64,000 nt of DNA from Planctomycetota bacterium (GTDB lineage Bacteria; Planctomycetota; JAJSAM01; JAJVHW01): assembly GCA_965248445.1 (NCBI GenBank), contig CBDFJG010000004.1, positions 160,001 to 224,000 on the forward strand. The letters are read 5' to 3'. Positions 21,226 to 31,117 of this stretch are shown here, in pieces. Both the position numbers and the translations under genes were made by a program. Position 1 is the stretch's first letter, and each line of letters starts with the position of its first letter. The notes below the pieces were generated by a model. It was given only the letters and a program-made list of their open reading frames with translations, searched no databases and had not been told where the DNA came from.

Positions 21226-21340
21226 CGCACGCTCCTTCCGAAGGTCGAGAGCGTAGTCACAGGGCGTCGCCGGATGCAACGCCGGAAACCCAGGCGCTGG
21301 CCCGCTCGCTGCGTATGCTCTTCGGCCGGAGGCCCACGAC

Positions 21341-22915
21341 ATGCGCGCACATCTCCCAGTAGTCACTACTCGACCGGTCATCACTCGACCAGTCATGCGG
21401 CTCGTCGTCGCTGGGCTCGTGGTCATCGGACTCGCAGCCTGCGCTCCGCCTCCCGACGACAACGAGAAGCCGGCACGGGGCCGTCGCTCGGGAGCAGCGC
21501 CCGTCGTGACACCAGCGGCCGCTTCGCCCGATCCGGCGCCGGAGGCCGATCAGGCCCCCGCGAGAGCGCGGCCGGCCTCGACGCCGATCACCGACCGCTA
21601 CCGCGACTTCGTCACGCGGATCGTGAACGCGGCGCAGAGAGACGGACTGGCGCACGATCGGCTGCGGCACATGTGCGACGTGATCGGCCCGCGGCTCTCC
21701 GGAAGCAAGGGCCTCGCCCGCGCGGTCGACTGGACCGCCGAGGTCGCCGAGAAGGACGGAATGCGCGTCACCAAGCAGAAGGTGATGGTGCCCAACTGGA
21801 AGCGCGGCAACGAGAGTGCGACGCTGCTCGCGCCGCGCAAGGAGCGGCTCGAGATGCTCGGCATCGGCAACTCGATCGGCACGCCGCCCGAGGGCATCAC
21901 AGCCGAAGTCATCGTGGCGACGGACTTCGACGAGCTGGCTGCGCTCGGTGACGCAGTCAAAGGGAAGATCGTCCTCTTCAACAAGGCGATGCCGCCCTAC
22001 GACCCCGAGACCGGTGCGGGTTACGGCGCGACGGTCGGGTACCGGACCTCCGGCGCGAGTAAAGCCGGCGCGGCGGGCGCCGTGGCCGTGCTCGTGCGCT
22101 CCGTCACCGCCACCAGTCTCGCGACGCCGCACACCGGAATGCTGAGCTATCAGACGGACAAGCCGCGCATTCCCGCAGCCGCGGTGTCCATCGAGGACGC
22201 TGAGTTGATCGCGCGTCTCGCGGCCGCGGGCGAGACCGTGCGTGTGCACCTGCAGATGGACGCGCACTTCGAGGAAGACGCCGAGTCCGCGAACGTCATC
22301 GTCGACCTGGTCGGCAGCGAGCTGCCTGACGAGATAGTCCTCATCTCCGGGCACCTGGACTCCTGGGACGTCGGGCAGGGCGCGCACGACGACGGCGCCG
22401 CGTGCATGGCGGTGCTCGACGCAGTGCGCCTCCTGAAGTCGCTCGGCCTGACCCCGCGGCGCACGATCCGCGTGGTCCTCTGGACCAACGAGGAGAACGG
22501 ACTGCGCGGATCGCGGGAGTACATCCGCGCCTTCGGTGAGGAGATGCCGAAGTACGCCGCAGCTCTCGAGGCGGACTCCGGGATCTTCCACCCGGTCGGA
22601 TTCCGCAGCCCCAAGCCCAAGGACGAACGGGGCGAGCGCGTCGTCGCACAACTCCAGGACATCCTCACAGTGTTCGACGAGTGGAACGCGGGGCGACTCC
22701 GCGAGGGCGGCGGCGGTGCGGACATCGGCGCCATGGCGGCCATGGGCGTGCCCCTGCTCGGACTCGACGTCGAGGGCAGCAAGTACTTCGACTACCACCA
22801 CACGCACGCAGACACGTTCGACAAGGTCGCCAAGGACGACCTGCTGCTCTGCGAAGGCGTGCTGGCCGCGATCGCGTACGTGCTGGCCGACATGCCGAAG
22901 AAGCTTGGCGACTGA
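21341..22915 (+). CDS. M28 family peptidase, carboxypeptidase Q-like with PA domain, lipoprotein
   Basis: IGPRLSGS, GHLDSWDVGQGAHDDG, NEENG, EAD, YHHT; lipobox LAAC; GGAGG RBS before ATG 21341 (alternative ATG 21395). Confidence 0.88.
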   Translation: MRAHLPVVTTRPVITRPVMRLVVAGLVVIGLAACAPPPDDNEKPARGRRSGAAPVVTPAAASPDPAPEADQAPARARPASTPITDRYRDFVTRIVNAAQRDGLAHDRLRHMCDVIGPRLSGSKGLARAVDWTAEVAEKDGMRVTKQKVMVPNWKRGNESATLLAPRKERLEMLGIGNSIGTPPEGITAEVIVATDFDELAALGDAVKGKIVLFNKAMPPYDPETGAGYGATVGYRTSGASKAGAAGAVAVLVRSVTATSLATPHTGMLSYQTDKPRIPAAAVSIEDAELIARLAAAGETVRVHLQMDAHFEEDAESANVIVDLVGSELPDEIVLISGHLDSWDVGQGAHDDGAACMAVLDAVRLLKSLGLTPRRTIRVVLWTNEENGLRGSREYIRAFGEEMPKYAAALEADSGIFHPVGFRSPKPKDERGERVVAQLQDILTVFDEWNAGRLREGGGGADIGAMAAMGVPLLGLDVEGSKYFDYHHTHADTFDKVAKDDLLLCEGVLAAIAYVLADMPKKLGD

Positions 22916-22952
22916 ACCCAGGCTGACGCCGCTCGCGTATCCTCGGTAGCAC

Positions 22953-24200
22953 ATGAGATCGCTCCGTCTGCCGCTCGCCATCGCCCTCGGACTGGCGACC
23001 GGTGCGGTCGGCGGCTGGGCCGTGGCGACCGTCATGCAGGATCCGCCGGAGAGCGACGCGCTCCCCGCCCCGCAGGACGACGCCGTGGACCCGGAGATCG
23101 CGCGCCTCGAGAAGGAACTGCTCCGCAAGGAGCGCGACCTGGACACGGCGTACCGCGAGCTCGAGCTGTTGCGGCGGGCGCAGTCGCCGGTGACGCAGGA
23201 CACAGCCGGTCTGCTCGACGCAGCCGGCAGGCGAGCAGGCGTCGCGCTGGGAGACTCCGCTGCGGACGAGTTGACGCGTCGCGCCGCGGGCATCCGGCGC
23301 ACGCACCTGCAACGCGCTGCGGCGGCTGAGCACACCGCCGCGAGTCAGATCGCACAGGAGACGGCGGCCGAGCGGTCACGCCTCGTCGACCTGGAGCGCG
23401 GCGGCACGATGGCGTTCATGCGCGCGCTGCAGGAGAGCTGGGCGCCGCCCTGGGAGACGCTGCGCGACCCGGAGGCCTACAGGAAGCTGTTCGAGCGCAA
23501 GAGCGCGTCCGTGCCGGTCGACCCGGAGGCCCTGTCGGGCACCGGGGACTTACCCGACGGCGCGCATGTCCATTACCCGGCCGGACGGCACGCGTTCGCG
23601 GCGGGGAGCCTCACGAATCGTGCCACCTTCCCGAAGGACTTGCTGGTGACGGGCGCGGGCATGGACGAGACCGTGCTCGTCTTGGACACGGAGCTGCGCA
23701 TGCGGCCCGACGTCCACAGCCTCTCGTTCCGCGATCTGACACTCTTCACGAACGACAACTCCCTCGAGAGGATGCGCACCAACCCCTACACGCTCCGCCT
23801 CGAACGGTGCCGCGTCATCGGATTCGATTCGGGAGCCGGCGGGTCCAAGATGCTCGGCGGCAGGGTCGGCGCGTTCTACGCGTCCGACTGCCGGATCGAG
23901 GCCGGGTTCGGAAGATCGCCGGGCGGGAACCTGTTCGACGTACGTGGCGCCCTGATCGCGCGACTGGAGCGCTGCACGATCGACGGTCCGTTCAGCAGCG
24001 TGTACTACCAGTGGAGCGGCGCCGCCCAGGTGTTCGAAGATTGTCGCTTCGAGAACATGTCGCCCGGGCGAAAGACGCATCTCGAGACGCCGGGAGACAT
24101 GGTCCGGTTCATCAATTGCACGCTCGCCTATGCGGAGACGGACAAGGAGAGTCGAAAGCGCCGGTCGCTGATCGACATCAATCCGGCCTGGAGCAAGTAA
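22953..24200 (+). CDS. Hypothetical membrane-anchored protein: coiled coil followed by a probable parallel beta-helix
   Basis: N-terminal TM, heptad region, then LVTGAGMDETVL and repeated LERCRV/ASDCRI/LERCTI/FEDCRF/FINCTL rungs. Confidence 0.6.
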   Translation: MRSLRLPLAIALGLATGAVGGWAVATVMQDPPESDALPAPQDDAVDPEIARLEKELLRKERDLDTAYRELELLRRAQSPVTQDTAGLLDAAGRRAGVALGDSAADELTRRAAGIRRTHLQRAAAAEHTAASQIAQETAAERSRLVDLERGGTMAFMRALQESWAPPWETLRDPEAYRKLFERKSASVPVDPEALSGTGDLPDGAHVHYPAGRHAFAAGSLTNRATFPKDLLVTGAGMDETVLVLDTELRMRPDVHSLSFRDLTLFTNDNSLERMRTNPYTLRLERCRVIGFDSGAGGSKMLGGRVGAFYASDCRIEAGFGRSPGGNLFDVRGALIARLERCTIDGPFSSVYYQWSGAAQVFEDCRFENMSPGRKTHLETPGDMVRFINCTLAYAETDKESRKRRSLIDINPAWSK

Positions 24201-24279
24201 CGCACACGCGCCCCGGGGCGCCTCGGTTCGCTATCCTGGCGCGTGGCGGAAGACGCGGGGGGGGAGAACGGAGCGCAGT

Positions 24280-25715
24280 ATGGCCACGTTGCCCACACTG
24301 GACGCGACACGCGCCGCGGCGTACGTGGACGCCGCGTGGGACCGGAACGTGATGCCCGCGCTGCTCTCGTTCATCCGCATCCCGAACAAGTCGCCGCACT
24401 TCGACCCCCACTGGGAAGCGCACGGGCACATGGAGCGGGCGACGCAGCTGGTGGCCGACTGGTGCGAAGCCCACAAGCCCGAGGGCGCGTCGGTCGAGAT
24501 CGTCCGGCTCCCCGGGCGCACGCCTCTCGTGTTCGTCGAAGTGCCCGCCACCGGCGGTCTGCAAGACGACACCGTGCTCCTCTACGGCCACCTGGACAAG
24601 CAGCCCGAGATGACCGGGTGGGCCGAGGGCCTCGACCCGTGGACGCCGGTGCTCCGCGAAGACAGGCTGTACGGCCGCGGCGGCGCAGACGACGGCTACG
24701 CGGCGTTCGCGGCCGTGGAGGCGCTGCGCGCGATGGACGAGCAGGGTGTGCCGCGTCACCGCGCCGTCATCCTGATCGAGGCGTGTGCGAGGAGAGCGGC
24801 AGCCCCGATCTCCCCCACTACGTCGAGCATCTGGCCGGCCGCATCGGCGCGCCGTCGCTGGTCGTCTGCCTCGACTCCGGATGCGGGGACTACGAGCGGC
24901 TGTGGCTGACGACGTCGCTGCGCGGCATCGTCGTCGGCCGCCTGGAAGTGACGGTGCTGACCGAGGGAGTGCATTCGGGTGACGCCGGCGGTGTCGTCCC
25001 GTCCTCGTTCCGTGTCGCGCGGCGCGTGCTCTCGCGACTCGAGGACGAGATGACGGGCCAGATCCGCCTGAACGAACTGCACGTGAAGGTCCCGCCGGAG
25101 CGCATGCAGCAGGCGCGTCAGGCCGCTGCCGTGCTCGGCAAGAAGGTGCACGAGCGATTCCCGTTCGTGGAGCGCGGCGGACCCGAGTCCGACGATCCGC
25201 TCGACTGCGTGCTCAACCGCACGTGGAAGCCGACCCTCGAGATCACGGGTGCCGACGGCATCCCCAGCGTCGAGGACGCGGGCAACGTGCTGCGGCCCGG
25301 CACCACCCTCAAGATCTCACTCCGGCTGCCACCGACCTGCGACGCAGACCGCGCGGTACGGATTGTCCGCCGCGTTCTGGAGCGGGAACCGCCGCACGGG
25401 GCGCGCGTCCGGCTGCTGGACGCCGGGGGCGCCACGGGCTGGAACGCTCCGCCGATGGACGCGTGGCTGACGGCGTCGCTCGACGCGGCCTCGCAGGCCC
25501 AATTCGGAACTCCGCCCGCGTACATGGGCGAGGGCGGGACGATCCCGTTCATGGGGATGCTCGGCGAGCAGTTCCCGGAGGCACAGTTCGTGGTCACGGG
25601 CGTCCTTGGCCCCGGCTCGAACGCGCATGGTCCCAACGAGTACCTGCACCTGCCGACGGCGCGGCGAATCACCGCGGTGATCGCGCACGTCCTCGGCGAC
25701 CACGCCGCGCGGTGA
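24280..25715 (+). CDS. M20 family metallopeptidase (dipeptidase-like), one frameshift near 24785
   Basis: YGHLDKQP, LYGRGGADDG, LDSG, GEGGTIPF, NAHGPNE. Removing an extra TG from GCGTGTGCGAGGAG restores the catalytic IEACEESGSPDL. Confidence 0.85.
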
Positions 25716-26005
25716 GCCGCGCCGCGCAGCCTCCCGAGACCTGTCCCACGTGCGGGGGGCGCGTGCCATCGCGCCCGGACGGCCGAGTCGTCGGGTGCTG
25801 TCCCGCGGGCATGGTGCCGAAGCAGCACGACGAAACCCGCTCGACGACGGCCGCGTGGTCCCGCGGCGTCGAGCGGATCGTGTACGGGCTCGGAGGCCTG
25901 ATGTCGGGCGGCCCGGGACTGCGGTTGGGCCTGGGCGTGTTGCTCATCGTCCTGGCGGCGGCGTGCGTCGCGGCGATCCAGTGGCTCGCGGTGCAGTACT
26001 TCTAG
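25712..26005 (+). CDS. Small membrane protein with N-terminal CPTC...CC motif
   Basis: GTGA start/stop overlap with the M20 gene; CxxC zinc-ribbon-like start and C-terminal TM helix. Confidence 0.5.
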   Translation: MSRAAQPPETCPTCGGRVPSRPDGRVVGCCPAGMVPKQHDETRSTTAAWSRGVERIVYGLGGLMSGGPGLRLGLGVLLIVLAAACVAAIQWLAVQYF

Positions 26006-26439
26006 TCGAACGCGGCTTGCACCGTGGGACGCGCGAGCACGACGAGCGTGAAGATGCCGAGGGCCGTGCCGAGCGGGATGCTGAGGAGCGCCAGTGCCGC
26101 GACCACCTGGCAGAACGTGCGGTTCCGGCGCTCCTTCAGGAAGCGCGCGCAGAAGAAGCTCAGCGCCGCCGATCCGAGCTGGATCACAGCGATCACGCCG
26201 AAGATCACGAAGAACATCGGGAACATGGACTCGAGCATCTGCACGACCTCGACGTCGGCGCCGCTCTCCGCCATCTGATCCGTCATGCCCTTGATGAACC
26301 TGGGCATGAAGACCGCGTAGGCGCCCATGGCCATGCACCCCATCACGGACATCGCCGCCATGACGTAGTGGAAGATCATCAGCAGCTCGAGGTGCGAACG
26401 GTCCTCGGGCGGCAGGTCGACTGCGGATGCATCGGTCAT
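26002..26439 (-). CDS. Hypothetical membrane protein (about 3 TM)
   Basis: HLELLMIFHYV and IPLGTALGIFTLVVLARP hydrophobic segments. Confidence 0.75.
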   Translation of the reverse strand: MTDASAVDLPPEDRSHLELLMIFHYVMAAMSVMGCMAMGAYAVFMPRFIKGMTDQMAESGADVEVVQMLESMFPMFFVIFGVIAVIQLGSAALSFFCARFLKERRNRTFCQVVAALALLSIPLGTALGIFTLVVLARPTVQAAFD

Positions 26440-26461
26440 GTCTGTCGAATGAACCGGCTGT

Positions 26462-27658
26462 CTACTCGACTGGTTCGTTGTCGGCGGCAGGTTCGTTGTC
26501 GGCGGGGGGTTCGTTGCCGGCGGGACCGACCGGGGCGCCCATCTCCGCGAGGAGTTCGTCCACGGCCTCGTCCATCTTCTCGCCGCGCACGTTCTTGAAG
26601 CGGATCCTGCCTTCGGCGTCGATCACGTAGATCGTCGGCCAGCTCGACACGTTCCAGCGCGCAGAGATCGGACCGCGCGTTCCCTCGGGCCCGTTCCAGA
26701 AGCTTCGCCACGTGATCTTCTCTTCCTTCATCCGCGAGGCGAGCTTGTCCTTGTCCTTGTCACTGTTCAGACCGATGAGCGCGAAGGGCTTGTCAGCGAG
26801 TCTCTTCACGAGCGACCGCTCGTGCGGGTACATGGCCCGGCAGGGTCCTCACCAGTCGCCCCAGAAGTCGAGCACCACCACCTTCCCTCGGTAGTCCGAG
26901 AGTTGGAAGGCGACGCCGTCCAGGTCCTCGCCCGCGATGTCCGGCGCCTCCATGCCGATCTGCAATCGCTCGATCTCGAAGATCGTCGACGCGGCACGCT
27001 TGCCGTGTGCCGACTCCGGCGCGATCTCGGACGCACGGTTCAGATCCACGAGCGCGCCCGCAAGCGCCCCTTCGCGCGCGGCCGGGTTCTCGAACTCGCG
27101 TCGCAGGACGCCTGCACCGCGGGCATACAGCATGGCGGCGGTCACAGCGTCGTGTGCCGTGATGGACACATCCATGGCTTTCGCGACCCGCTCCTCGCCG
27201 AGTTTGTCGGCGTAGTACAGGAACGTGAACGTCAGATCCGTCCATGCTCCGCTGCCGGCATGGTCGGCGATCAGCGTGTCGAGCGCCGACTGGGAGGCCT
27301 CGATCTCGTGACGCATCGCGTACTGGACCGTGCGAACGAGGAACTTGGCGGCCTCCGGCGTACCCGCGAACTGCGCGGCGGCATCGCGGTACTTCGGCCA
27401 CATGACCTTCTCGGCCGGCGGCTTGGTCTGCTGCCGCGGGCCCGTCGAGCCCTTGGGCTGCGCGCGGCGGGACCTCGCGTACTCCGAGCGCGCGGTCTTG
27501 TACTCGGCGGCGAGCCTCTCCAGCACCGCTGCGGCGTCGGGCGCGGCCTCGACAGCCGCCCCCGGCGGCTCGGCGTCCTGCGCGCGCAGATCGCCGCTCG
27601 ACAGAGCGAGCGATGCCAGTGCGGCGATACCCGCGGCGAACACGATGCCTCTTCGCAT
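26462..27658 (-). CDS. Secreted TlpA/redoxin-family thioredoxin-like protein with in-frame TGA, probable selenoprotein (UxxC), 398 aa
   Basis: ORFs 26849-27658 and 26462-26833 are in one frame and read LSDYRGKVVVLDFWGDW-[TGA]-GPCRAMYPHERSLV...WPTIYVIDAEGRIR; AAGGAGG RBS and signal peptide. Confidence 0.88.
26472..26525 (-). repeat. Three 18-bp tandem units encoding the NEP(P/A)AD tail of the redoxin
   Basis: + strand GGTTCGTTG(T/C)CGGCGG-NN occurs three times. Confidence 0.7.
26807..26824 (-). promoter_or_regulatory. Candidate bacterial SECIS element
   Basis: mRNA CACGAGC-GGUC-GCUCGUG: perfect 7-bp stem with a GGUC loop starting 31 nt after the UGA. Confidence 0.75.
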
Positions 27659-27728
27659 GTGGCCCTCCTTGGTGCGACCGCCCGACAGGATACGCCGAGC
27701 CGAGGGACGGTGCGCGTCCCGTGTGCGG

Positions 27729-28616
27729 TTACTCGGCCGAGAGGCTCTGGAAGATATCTCCAGCCAACCTGTCCGGCGGGATGAAGCCGCCGCCCCACTT
27801 CTCGTCCCACGCGGCCGTCGGCTTGGCTTCGATGACCTCCTCCTGCGTCTTGCCCTCTTTGATGAGGGCAGCCACGGCGTCCACGCAGCCCGTCAGCATG
27901 TCGCGGTACGCGGTGAGCCCGGCCTTGTCGGTCACCGGTCCGTGCCCGGGGATGACCTTCGTGCCGTCGCCGCAGAGCGTCAGCGCGCGCTCGATCGCCG
28001 CCTGCGCCCCCGTCACCGAGCCACCCGCGGATAGGTCGATGAACGGGTACATGCCATTGAAGAAGCAGTCGCCCATGTGGACGACGTCCGCCTCGGCGAA
28101 GTGCACGATCGTGTCACCGTCGGTGTGCGCCGGACCTGCGTGGAAGCCCTTCACCGTATCGCCGTTGACGTGGAACGTCATGTCGTGGGCGAACGTGACG
28201 AGCGGCAGCGCCACGTCCGCCGCAGGCTTGCCGAAGCGCTTCGCATACGCGGGATCCGTCATGCGAGAACGGACGTTGTCGTGCGCGTAGATGGTGGCGC
28301 CGGCCTTGCCCATGTTCTCGTTTCCGCCCGTGTGGTCGCCGTGGAAGTGCGTGTTCAACAGGAAGCGCGGCGCCTCGCCCCCGAGCTCCTTGATCGCTGC
28401 CAGGATGTCCGGAGAGGCGGCGGCGAACTGGTCGTCGATCAGGAACACGCCGTCGTCACCCACGGAGAGCCCGATGTTCCCCCCCCGTCCGAACAGCACG
28501 TGCACGTGTCCGGAGACCTGCTCCGTCCGCATGCTCTGCGCCTCGGTCGCGGTCTGCCAGAGCCACGCACCGGCGCCCGCCACGACGATCGCGCCCAGGA
28601 TCAGGATCTTGCGCAT
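27729..28616 (-). CDS. MBL-fold metallo-hydrolase (cyclase-like), exported
   Basis: NTHFHGDHTGGN, AHTDGD, HMGD, IPGHG; N-terminal signal. Confidence 0.88.
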   Translation of the reverse strand: MRKILILGAIVVAGAGAWLWQTATEAQSMRTEQVSGHVHVLFGRGGNIGLSVGDDGVFLIDDQFAAASPDILAAIKELGGEAPRFLLNTHFHGDHTGGNENMGKAGATIYAHDNVRSRMTDPAYAKRFGKPAADVALPLVTFAHDMTFHVNGDTVKGFHAGPAHTDGDTIVHFAEADVVHMGDCFFNGMYPFIDLSAGGSVTGAQAAIERALTLCGDGTKVIPGHGPVTDKAGLTAYRDMLTGCVDAVAALIKEGKTQEEVIEAKPTAAWDEKWGGGFIPPDRLAGDIFQSLSAE

Positions 28617-28688
28617 GGTTCAGCCTCCTCGGTGCGGAGTGACGTCTCCCGGTAAGCCCTCCGGGTTACTCGACGGAGGCGACCGCGC

Positions 28689-29582
28689 TCACGTTCCGCG
28701 GGCGGAGCGACCGCCGAGCCGGAGGATACGCCGAAATGCCTGCAGAATCCGCGATGGGTCGGCACGGCGCGTGAGCAGCGCGTACTCCACGCGCGGCAGG
28801 CCTCGCGGCGCGTCGCGGAAGGCGACTCCCGGCCGCCCCGCCAGCGAGGACGATTCCGGCACGACCGCCACGCCACACCCCGCCGCCACGAGAGCGATGA
28901 CCGCATGCACCGTGGACGCCGTCTGAAGCACGCTGAGACTGACTCCCGCGCGTGCAAATGCGGCCAGCACGTCGTCATGGATGGCGGGCTGCACGTCGCG
29001 ACGCAGCATGACGAGTCCCGCCGACGCCAGCGCCCGCAGACCAGGCCGGCGGACCGCGGCCAGCGCCCCCCCCTCCGGCACGGCGACGACGAAGCGCTCG
29101 CGCCCGACGGGCGTGACCTCGAGCCCCGCGACGTCGTGCCCCGCGACGCGACCGACACCGGCGTGCACCCGACCCTCGCGCAAGGCAGTGATCTGCGCAG
29201 CAGTGGGCGCCTCGCGGAGCTGCACGGCGACGGCTGGATGCTCGCCGCGGAACGCACGGATCGCGTCCGGCAGGAATCCGTCGATCACCGGGGTCGCCGC
29301 CGCGACGCGCAACTCACCGGCCTCTCCGCGCGCGACGGCACGGAGCGTCCGGACCGCGCGTTGCTCGGCGTCGAGCAGTCCGCGCGCATCCGCGAGGAAT
29401 GCGTCGCCCGCATCGGTGAGCCTCACGCTGCGAGTCGTGCGCAGGAGAAGCGTGACATCGAGCCGTTCTTCGAGCCGCCGGATTGCCTGGCTGAGCGGCG
29501 GCTGGGTCATGTGCAGCCGCTCAGCCGCGCGACCGAAGTGGAGTTCCTCCGCCACCGCGACGAAGTAGCGCAACTCGCGCAT
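28689..29582 (-). CDS. LysR family transcriptional regulator
   Basis: LRYFVAVAEELHFGRAAERLHMTQPPLSQAIRRLE HTH; start at ATG 29582 or 29600. Confidence 0.93.
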   Translation of the reverse strand: MRELRYFVAVAEELHFGRAAERLHMTQPPLSQAIRRLEERLDVTLLLRTTRSVRLTDAGDAFLADARGLLDAEQRAVRTLRAVARGEAGELRVAAATPVIDGFLPDAIRAFRGEHPAVAVQLREAPTAAQITALREGRVHAGVGRVAGHDVAGLEVTPVGRERFVVAVPEGGALAAVRRPGLRALASAGLVMLRRDVQPAIHDDVLAAFARAGVSLSVLQTASTVHAVIALVAAGCGVAVVPESSSLAGRPGVAFRDAPRGLPRVEYALLTRRADPSRILQAFRRILRLGGRSARGT

Positions 29583-29590
29583 GTCCAGAT

Positions 29591-29622
29591 TGATATGCAT
29601 TACATCTTAATTATATCATATC
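29591..29622. promoter_or_regulatory. AT-rich divergent promoter, probable LysR operator
   Basis: Conspicuous AT-rich patch with inverted repeat TGATAT (29591-29596)...ATATCA (29613-29618) between lysR and the ferredoxin gene. Confidence 0.5.
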
Positions 29623-29702
29623 TCAGACCTTCTCGCACTATGTCACGGCTCGTAGGCTGCTCTCACCGTCGCGATGACTGCGACGCAGAACAGGAGATCG
29701 TG

Positions 29703-30023
29703 ATGGCATTCGTGGTGACGGGACGCTGTCTCGGAGAGCGCTACGGCGCATGTGTGGACGTCTGCCCGTGTGGGTGTTTCCACTACGGCGACCACGACGG
29801 GGCGCCGATGATGGTCATCGACCAGGAGGCCTGCATCGACTGCGGAGCTTGCCTGCCCGAATGCCCCCTGGGCGCGATCGAGGACGAGACCGCCGACGTT
29901 CCTGAATGGCGCGAGTACAACGCGGCTGCGGCTGCCATGTGGCCGAGCGCTCACGACCAGCCGGACGGCTGGCAGCAGCGCGATCCGACGGAGCCGCCGC
30001 ACAACCCCGCGAACGCTGCGTGA
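29703..30023 (+). CDS. Dicluster ferredoxin (FdxA-like 7Fe type)
   Basis: C...CVDVCPCGC and CIDCGACLPECP; AGGAG RBS before ATG 29703. Confidence 0.88.
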   Translation: MAFVVTGRCLGERYGACVDVCPCGCFHYGDHDGAPMMVIDQEACIDCGACLPECPLGAIEDETADVPEWREYNAAAAAMWPSAHDQPDGWQQRDPTEPPHNPANAA

Positions 30024-30051
30024 GGCGAGGTCCAGGGCCTAGTCTCTGGGC

Positions 30052-31095
30052 GTGACAGCGCAACCGGCTGCCGGATGGACAGGGGGACAGGTCTCCATCG
30101 TCCGAGTCCTCGTGGCCGTCGGCGCCGTCAAGCTCGCGGTCCTCGCCTTCGCAGGGACCGGCAGTCCGATCGTGGCCGCCTGCGCGGTCCTGGCCGTCCT
30201 GCTCGCGCTAGCCCTGATCCCCGACGCCGTGCCGCCCTGGCCGGCCGCCGCGCTGGCGGTCGTGCTCGCGATCTCGGCCAGCGATCTGCCGCGGCCCTCG
30301 GAGACGACCGCCGCCGCCGCCGCCGCGGTGGCGCTCCTCGCGGCGGCGCCGCTGGGCGCCTTCGGTTCGCGGGCGGCGCGGGGCCGGCCGGATCCGGACG
30401 GCGGGTACCCACTGCCGCGCTGGATCGCCGTGCTGGCTCCCCTCGCGGTGATCGCGCTGCAGGCCGGACGCGGTGCCGTGCTGATCGGCGAGGACCGCGC
30501 GGGTCTCGGGGCAGCGCACCTGCTTGCCGCGGCCCTGTGGGCCGTGCCGCGGACGCGCCTCGCCGCATGGGGTCTCGGCTTCCTGGTCGACCTGGCGGAC
30601 CTGGTCCTGATGGGCTCACCGGCGACGTTCATCGCGCGCACCATGCCCCGGCTCCTGGCGACGGACCCGCGCTGGTTCCCGCCCTTGCGGCCTCCCGGCG
30701 AGGCGCTCGTGCTCTACGACGGCAACTGCGGACTCTGTCATCGAAGCGTGCGCGTGTGCCTGGCCGAGGCACCGGACGACACCCCGCTGTCGTTCGCGCC
30801 GCTCGGGAGCAAGGCGATGCGCGAGCGTCTGGGCGACGACCCGGAGCTGCCGGACAGCCTCGTCTTGCTGACCGCGGACGGGCGCACGCTGGTGAGGTCC
30901 ACGGCCATCGTGGTGCTGATGCGCCGGCTCGGCGGGCTGTGGCGCGCGCTGGCCGCGCTGCTTGCAGCGGTTCCGCGGCCGGTGCGCGACCTGGGGTACT
31001 CCGGCGTCGCGCGGATCCGCCACCTCCTGTTCGCCCGCCCCGCTGCGGCGTGCCCGGTCGTCCCGGCGGCCCTCCGGCCGCGCTTCCGGGACTGA
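30052..31095 (+). CDS. DCC1-like thiol-disulfide oxidoreductase fused to an N-terminal membrane domain
   Basis: LYDGNCGLC, FAPL, PDSLVL...RSTA, RDLGYSGVARIRHLLF, CP; hydrophobic N-terminal ~200 aa. Confidence 0.8.
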   Translation: MTAQPAAGWTGGQVSIVRVLVAVGAVKLAVLAFAGTGSPIVAACAVLAVLLALALIPDAVPPWPAAALAVVLAISASDLPRPSETTAAAAAAVALLAAAPLGAFGSRAARGRPDPDGGYPLPRWIAVLAPLAVIALQAGRGAVLIGEDRAGLGAAHLLAAALWAVPRTRLAAWGLGFLVDLADLVLMGSPATFIARTMPRLLATDPRWFPPLRPPGEALVLYDGNCGLCHRSVRVCLAEAPDDTPLSFAPLGSKAMRERLGDDPELPDSLVLLTADGRTLVRSTAIVVLMRRLGGLWRALAALLAAVPRPVRDLGYSGVARIRHLLFARPAAACPVVPAALRPRFRD

Positions 31096-31117
31096 GAGGG
31101 GTCGATACGATGCCCGC

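Noticed and set aside
21298..21312. Second sigma-54-like site TGGCCCGCTCGCTGC before the M28 peptidase
   Set aside because: Correct spacing but two mismatches to consensus; too easily found by chance at this GC content.
21362..21395. 15-bp tandem duplication (VTTRP VITRP)
   Set aside because: Two imperfect copies in a signal-peptide N-region; most simply slippage.
24781..24790. Programmed frameshifting in the M20 peptidase
   Set aside because: No slippery heptamer; a dinucleotide duplication at the catalytic EE motif fits an error or recent mutation better.
26849..27658. Treating the redoxin as two genes or a nonsense pseudogene
   Set aside because: The stop falls exactly on the catalytic Cys position, both halves are intact and in frame, and a SECIS-like hairpin follows.
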